From positions 640,001 through 704,000 of the forward strand of contig JBFWVL010000001.1 in assembly GCA_050246755.1 (NCBI GenBank): a DNA stretch of 64,000 nucleotides, read 5' to 3'. Numbering within the stretch: the first letter of the stretch is position 1; each line of letters starts with the position of its first letter. The stretch comes from Bacteriovoracia bacterium (GTDB lineage: Bacteria; Bdellovibrionota; UBA1018; CAIPTA01). Positions 59,117 to 64,000 of the stretch are shown here, piece by piece. Below the pieces are notes generated by a model. That model was given only the letters and a program-made list of their open reading frames with translations, made no database searches and was not told where the DNA came from. Made by a program: the position numbers and the translations under genes.

Positions 59117-59530
59117 ATGCAGAAGCAAATCAGGTTCGACGACGAAGACTTTCTTCAATTAGCAGAGACGCGGGCAAATGGCGCCTACCGTAAGCCCAGT
59201 AAACAAATTCAATATTGGGCGGAGATCGGACGCAAGGTGGAAGAGAACCTTACTTTTCGCGACCTCCAGGCTCTTGCCAACGAGGAAGTAGAAGTTTTCG
59301 TGAGACCTAAACTATCCCCTCGAGTGGAACTTAATGAAGTAAGAGCCAACCTGGAAGCCGCCCGTGACTCAGGCACCCTATTAGAAAGTATCGGTATCGG
59401 CAAAGCATCCTTCGAAGCCAGCCCGGATCATCCGGATATGGTGATTCGGTTACAAAATGGGAAACGTGAGCTTGGCACCTTCGAGAACGGCGTCTTTAAG
59501 ATCGCTCGTCCCTCTAAGAAAAGTAAATGA
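59117..59530 (+). CDS. ParD-like (RHH) antitoxin
   Basis: IRFDDE...A......R...KQIQYWAEIGR..E pattern; coupled to the next gene. Confidence 0.75.
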   Translation: MQKQIRFDDEDFLQLAETRANGAYRKPSKQIQYWAEIGRKVEENLTFRDLQALANEEVEVFVRPKLSPRVELNEVRANLEAARDSGTLLESIGIGKASFEASPDHPDMVIRLQNGKRELGTFENGVFKIARPSKKSK

Positions 59531-60114
59531 AGCAGCTCTGGATTTTAACCGGCGGAAATGGCTCGGGAAAATCCACCTTCTTCAAAATCATGCTTAAGCC
59601 TCTCGGCGTATCTTTCGTGAACGCCGATATGCTCGCCCTCACGCTAGGCGAGCCCATTACCGATGAGAAAAGCCGCCAGGCCCAAAAAATGGCGCTCGCG
59701 CTATTCCACGAGAAAATTTCCAAAGGCGACAACTTTTGCTTCGAAACCGTTTTCTCTCATCCCTCAAAGTTGGAGCTAATCCGGGAGGCACAGGAATCTG
59801 GATACGAAGTAACGCTCGTCTATATCCACCTCGCCAACGACTCCCTCAATCAAGCGCGGGTATACCAAAGGGTGGCCGAAGGCGGCCATAATGTGCCGGC
59901 CGACAAGATCAAATCTCGTATTCCCCGCACGATGGAAAACGTGCACCTCGCCTTGCCCATGGTTAGAGATGCCGTTCTCTACGACAATTCTTATTCGGAA
60001 TCTAACGGCGGAGCTTTTCAGGAAATCGCGCAAGTCCACCAAGGCACGGTGGTCTCGAGCATAGATCCTCTACCCGCCTGGGCCACAGAAATGCTGGCCG
60101 GGCTTTCTCATTAA
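59527..60114 (+). CDS. Zeta-toxin-family P-loop kinase
   Basis: GGNGSGKST, VNAD, FETVFS, RV..GGH.VP, DNS. Confidence 0.85.
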   Translation: MKQLWILTGGNGSGKSTFFKIMLKPLGVSFVNADMLALTLGEPITDEKSRQAQKMALALFHEKISKGDNFCFETVFSHPSKLELIREAQESGYEVTLVYIHLANDSLNQARVYQRVAEGGHNVPADKIKSRIPRTMENVHLALPMVRDAVLYDNSYSESNGGAFQEIAQVHQGTVVSSIDPLPAWATEMLAGLSH

Positions 60115-60120
60115 ATAGTT

Positions 60121-60801
60121 TTATTTCGCGGGCTGCTTGGCGCGCTTCTGGGCGTCTTCTTTGATGCCGGTCACGTCGGAATCGCGGTTTCCGGGATTTC
60201 CCGTCTTAGGCATGGCAGGCGCGCCCTTAGGCGCCTGTTTCAGCGGCGGCGCGGTACCGGGAACTGACTTCGCGCCATCGAAGCCCACCGAGGCTTTATC
60301 GGTAGCGTCGCGTAGGGAGAGCGCCTGCTGGTAGACGGCTTTCGCCTGAATGATTTCTTTATCCAAGCCGTTCACGATCGGCTGCAGCTGAGGGAAATTT
60401 TCGGTGAAGCAATCGGCGCTAGGCTCTTCCTCATTCACCTCGGCAAAATCCATCATCGCTTCGCCGTAGCTGGCGATTAGCGCCGAGTTCTTCTGCATCT
60501 GGGTGATTTCCCGGTAAAGATCCTCGGCCACACTTTGGTAGGAGCTCTCGCTCGTGGACATCTGGTGCTGCTGGCGATCCTTCATGCCCTGCTGCAATTC
60601 AGCCAAGCGTTTCACGGTTTGCTCGCTCGCGCGTTTCCAGCTCTCGTGCACGGACTGGGCGCAGGCCTTGGCATGTACCACGGCCAAGGCATTTTGCGAG
60701 CATTGCCGGATTTGCGCGGATACCGCGGCTAAGGGCACGCAATCATCGGCGGCTAGGGCAGAGAAAGGAAGAATCAAGGCGGCGAAGGCAAGTTTCAACA
60801 T
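60121..60801 (-). CDS. Hypothetical secreted helical protein
   Basis: Signal peptide (ALA); 4 Cys; long amphipathic helices. Confidence 0.75.
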   Translation of the reverse strand: MLKLAFAALILPFSALAADDCVPLAAVSAQIRQCSQNALAVVHAKACAQSVHESWKRASEQTVKRLAELQQGMKDRQQHQMSTSESSYQSVAEDLYREITQMQKNSALIASYGEAMMDFAEVNEEEPSADCFTENFPQLQPIVNGLDKEIIQAKAVYQQALSLRDATDKASVGFDGAKSVPGTAPPLKQAPKGAPAMPKTGNPGNRDSDVTGIKEDAQKRAKQPAK

Positions 60802-60809
60802 ACTCTATC

Positions 60810-61460
60810 CTATGAAGTTACGTTTTCGCTGTCGATAACTTTATGCTGGGCCGTGGCCTTCTCGCTCCTGCGCTTAGGCGTGGGCCGTACGAGAGGAACC
60901 ATGGCATCGAGCAGGCGCTCGATCTTAAAACGCTTGTTCTTCACGGTTTGTACGCCCGAAACCACGAATACCTGTGCGTTCTGGAGATTATTGAAGAGCA
61001 TGGCGTTCCTATAGGGAGGCTCATGCACCATGTCCATTTTGCCGAACTCCCCGGCCCAGTTAGAGCTCTTTGCGTAGTGGTCACCGGCGAAAAATAAAAT
61101 ACATTTACCTAAACCGGCGGCCTTCTCGATGGCGGGAACCCGCACCATGCTCTTAAAGAAGCGGCTGCGTTCGCCGCCATGCTTGGTTTTGATTTCCCCG
61201 CGCTGCGGAACGGCCACCATCACGAAATCACTCTTGCCGGCCTTAAAACTCTCGAAGGAATGCTTTGAGGCGTCCACTCCACTAGCGGATTTGCCCACGC
61301 CGCCGTTAATACCGCCGAGCTTTGGAATATAGCCGGTTATTCTTTTCAGCTTGAAGTTAGCGGGGTATTCCACCGGATTTTCGCCGGGGCGGCAGTCGTA
61401 GGCCAGGGCAGGAAAAGCGGCGAAAGACAAAAAAAGCAGGGTAATCAGGGGAGTGCGCAT
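60810..61460 (-). CDS. Hypothetical secreted protein, possibly 3D/DPBB-like peptidoglycan-active domain
   Basis: Signal peptide after ATG 61460; ITGY.P...GG...ASG, VAVP, A.D and MDM motifs. Confidence 0.6.
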   Translation of the reverse strand: MRTPLITLLFLSFAAFPALAYDCRPGENPVEYPANFKLKRITGYIPKLGGINGGVGKSASGVDASKHSFESFKAGKSDFVMVAVPQRGEIKTKHGGERSRFFKSMVRVPAIEKAAGLGKCILFFAGDHYAKSSNWAGEFGKMDMVHEPPYRNAMLFNNLQNAQVFVVSGVQTVKNKRFKIERLLDAMVPLVRPTPKRRSEKATAQHKVIDSENVTS

Positions 61461-61525
61461 AGAGTATTCCTTTCGGAAAGAGTTCACTTACCCCTCTATC
61501 GTCGCATGAATCGAAAAAATTCAAC

Positions 61526-62662
61526 TCAGGAAATTCCCTGTCTCTCGCCGGAGACATCCCCTAAATCGTGTACGGCCAGCAGCCATCCGAGGGCGAGAGG
61601 AGCGATATGTAGGGTGAAATTGCCGAAAGCATTTACGGAGAGAGCGGTAAATGCCAATAAAGCCGAAAGGCGCGCTGGATCCTTCCACGATCGCTGGATA
61701 CCAGTGAACACCCGCGCCAGTAATGGGCTTAAAATGGCCAATCCGAAGAATCCCGTCTCGTATACCCACTGCAAAAGCTCATTATGTGCCTGGAGAAAAC
61801 GTCCTCCCGCGAAGCCTTGGTGATAGCGTGAAAAAAGGGAGCTGAAGGAGAGCAGCCCATAGCCGAGGACGGGCCTTTCGCTGATGGCCGAAAGCGTTTG
61901 CCCCCAAATGAAAAATCGCCCGTTTTCGAAGAAAAAACTTTCGGGCGAGGCCGTGCTTACCGCAAATAGCAACGCGGCCGCACCCAGCGCATAGGCCAGA
62001 AAAAGCGAGCGCCGCCAAGATGTTTTAACGAACGCCCACACTGCCAACACGGCGCAGAGGGATGCGAAGGAAAAAGCGGAAGAGGAAATACATACACAAA
62101 CTGCGGCCACGAAAAAAAGTTTCCACTCGCGGCGCCCGAGGTGCCAGGCCGCCATCATCGCCATCCAGGCGCCGAAAATCGTGTGGTGGCCGAGAAAACC
62201 AGACGGAGAGCCGATATAGGCTGGGTCTTTCAGGCCGAAGACGGGGTCGAGCTGGGCCACCTGCAGGAAGGCGAAGGCGGCGTTGAGGAGGGTGAGCGAA
62301 GCCCCCAGCCAAAGCAGGGATTGCTTCCCCTCCCCTCGCATCCAAGCCCGGAGGCTCCGCGTGGCGATCCAGAGAAGAAGAAAACCAAAAACAAAAGCCA
62401 TCGCGGCCCATCCATTGGGGCGCAAACAGGCATGCAGGAAAATTCCGCAGAAAAAAATCAGGGCGAGATAATCGTGAGCGAGAGAGCGAACGCTTGCCGC
62501 AGCGAGGCGGAAATTGGCTAGTAATAGAACCGCGCTCGAGGCCAATAGCCAAATCCACTTGGGCTCACGGATCTCATCGCCCACGCCGGGAAAAACCGCA
62601 AAGCTAGCGCCCAACAGAAGGCCAATGGCGGCAATAGAAAAAAATGAAATTCTTTGGCTCAA
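61526..62662 (-). CDS. O-antigen ligase / O-oligosaccharyltransferase (Wzy_C) family protein
   Basis: GR..IW...P..GYG...AHNELLQ...E.G..G. Confidence 0.88.
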   Translation of the reverse strand: MSQRISFFSIAAIGLLLGASFAVFPGVGDEIREPKWIWLLASSAVLLLANFRLAAASVRSLAHDYLALIFFCGIFLHACLRPNGWAAMAFVFGFLLLWIATRSLRAWMRGEGKQSLLWLGASLTLLNAAFAFLQVAQLDPVFGLKDPAYIGSPSGFLGHHTIFGAWMAMMAAWHLGRREWKLFFVAAVCVCISSSAFSFASLCAVLAVWAFVKTSWRRSLFLAYALGAAALLFAVSTASPESFFFENGRFFIWGQTLSAISERPVLGYGLLSFSSLFSRYHQGFAGGRFLQAHNELLQWVYETGFFGLAILSPLLARVFTGIQRSWKDPARLSALLAFTALSVNAFGNFTLHIAPLALGWLLAVHDLGDVSGERQGIS

Positions 62663-63561
62663 AAGTTTTTAAATAATTTTAGGTAGGTTTTCGTGTCCGT
62701 ACCGGGCGAGCTCACGTAAACATTGGAGGAGGTCGCCACGTTATAGTATTGGCTCAGCCCATCGGTGAGATCATATTGCGCCACCGGGGCGCCGCTGCAG
62801 GAGGGACTTCCATAGATAACGATTCCGATGGGAGGGCTCACTCCCAGGCCATTATTTGCGGGGCCCACGGGAATCCTAATCGAAGTATCCGCGCTGGCTC
62901 CGCTTAGGCTCGCGCAGCTGGTAGTGAGGGATTGGTTGGCGATGAACATGGGTAATCCAGGCTGCTTTTCGCCCGCGAATACCCGGATCTTCACGCCGTA
63001 GCTGCTGCTTGTGACGGGCGTGCAGGAGGAAGGATTATTCTCGCAGATCGAAACATGCAGCGTGTCGAAGTCGGTTGCGCTACCGGACTGGTAGCGCGAA
63101 GCCTCCACATTGGAGAACGCGCTGTCGTTACCGAAACTGCAATTCGCTTCGGTAAGGTCCAGCATCACGGTTACATTCGTTCCCGTTAAATTTACGTCGG
63201 CGCCGCCATTGCCAAAGGCGCATCTCGTTTGCCCATTCATCACTCCGCTCGAGCCATCGTTGCTGAACGCGTATACTTTGAAGCTACCGTTCGGCACCAC
63301 AAGGGTCTGCCCCATCGCCTCCGCTTCGCTGGGAAAAGCGAAGGCATTGCCACCACTATTAGAGATACCGTTGCGGGCAAAATAAACCATCAATCCGCCA
63401 TTTTGCGATGCGGACATCTGCATTCCAGGATGGCTGGATTTGAATTGTACGCGGGTATAGTCGTTTTTTAGGCGGCCGAACCTATCGTTCATGCGGCCGC
63501 AAGCCATCACCAGCAGAAATAGCGATAAAAAGACGGCGATCGAAGCGGCGCTTTGTTTCAT
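62659..63561 (-). CDS. Ser/Asn/Gly-rich hypothetical lipoprotein
   Basis: Lipobox VMAC; GAGG RBS; several Cys; stop overlaps the ligase start. Confidence 0.8.
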   Translation of the reverse strand: MKQSAASIAVFLSLFLLVMACGRMNDRFGRLKNDYTRVQFKSSHPGMQMSASQNGGLMVYFARNGISNSGGNAFAFPSEAEAMGQTLVVPNGSFKVYAFSNDGSSGVMNGQTRCAFGNGGADVNLTGTNVTVMLDLTEANCSFGNDSAFSNVEASRYQSGSATDFDTLHVSICENNPSSCTPVTSSSYGVKIRVFAGEKQPGLPMFIANQSLTTSCASLSGASADTSIRIPVGPANNGLGVSPPIGIVIYGSPSCSGAPVAQYDLTDGLSQYYNVATSSNVYVSSPGTDTKTYLKLFKNF

Positions 63562-63624
63562 AACCTCAATAGGCTAAACGAAATCGCCGTTTTTCGGTAA
63601 CGGTTTTCCTGCCTCAGAAGCGAT

Positions 63625-64000
63625 CTATAGCAGGCTAAGCGTATTGCTAAGCGGCAGATCCCGTGAGGAAGAGCCTACGCGCACTTCGAACTGGCCGGCA
63701 TCCACGCGCCAGTCGTGCGTGCCTACGTCGTAGTACGCGAAGGAACGGGCCTCAAGCTTGAGCTTGATACGGCGGGTCTCCCCTGGCTGCAGCTCCACGC
63801 GCTCGAAGCCCTTCAGTTCCTGGAAGGGCCGATCGATACGGGGATTCAGCGCCCGCACGAAGAGCTGGGCCACTTCAGCGCCGGCCCGCTTACCACTATT
63901 GGTCAGATCGAATTCTACTTCCACTTGCGGGCTGGACGCCTTCGCGTCAAGCAGGTTCACGGAGAGGTTCGAGTAACTAAAAGTGGTATAGGAAAGACCG
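63625..64000 (-). CDS. GH3 beta-glucosidase, C-terminal Fn3-like domain (5' part outside the window)
   Basis: GLSYTTFSY, N.G.RAGAEVAQL, RP.QELKGF.RV.L.PGE, VGSSSRD. Confidence 0.9.
   Translation of the reverse strand, partial: GLSYTTFSYSNLSVNLLDAKASSPQVEVEFDLTNSGKRAGAEVAQLFVRALNPRIDRPFQELKGFERVELQPGETRRIKLKLEARSFAYYDVGTHDWRVDAGQFEVRVGSSSRDLPLSNTLSLL

Overview
Chromosomal, GC-rich bacterial DNA. Gene content (PilT, vWA/FN3 lipoprotein, DUF1844, trpS-xerD-S2P-scpAB-rluB, many orphan secreted proteins) suggests a Bdellovibrionota/Oligoflexia-like or other delta-type organism; this is inference only. 1-16.1 kb is a Wzx/Wzy polysaccharide locus (Wzc, SLBB export protein, WecA-like initiator, four GT4 enzymes) with four SAM-methyltransferase domains. 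One is fused in frame to the Wzx flippase (missed by the ORF track because the ORF runs off the window) and one is fused to a His-rich cupin-like domain. 16-25 kb holds orphan surface proteins (collagen-like, vWA plus 8 FN3) around tRNA-Gln(TTG), with a small relic insert beside the tRNA. 25-59 kb is mostly housekeeping: clpB lacking its N-domain, radical SAM plus DUF1513, degP, a dead HtpX homologue, pilT, RegB/RegA-like pair, kdsD, amidase, trpS, xerD, scpAB, rluB, acs, mtgA, mutM. Within it lies a sigma-54-driven Gly-rich lipoprotein gene with a ~210-nt structured, possibly bistable 3' RNA. 59-64 kb has a ParD-like/zeta-type toxin-antitoxin pair with a 10-bp-phased repeat array, orphan secreted proteins, an O-antigen-ligase-family gene and the end of a GH3 gene. 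About ten genes have a -10-like hexamer exactly 6 nt before the start codon, suggesting widespread leaderless mRNAs. No CRISPR array, rRNA or transposase was seen. All family calls are from motif recognition by eye; no searches were run.
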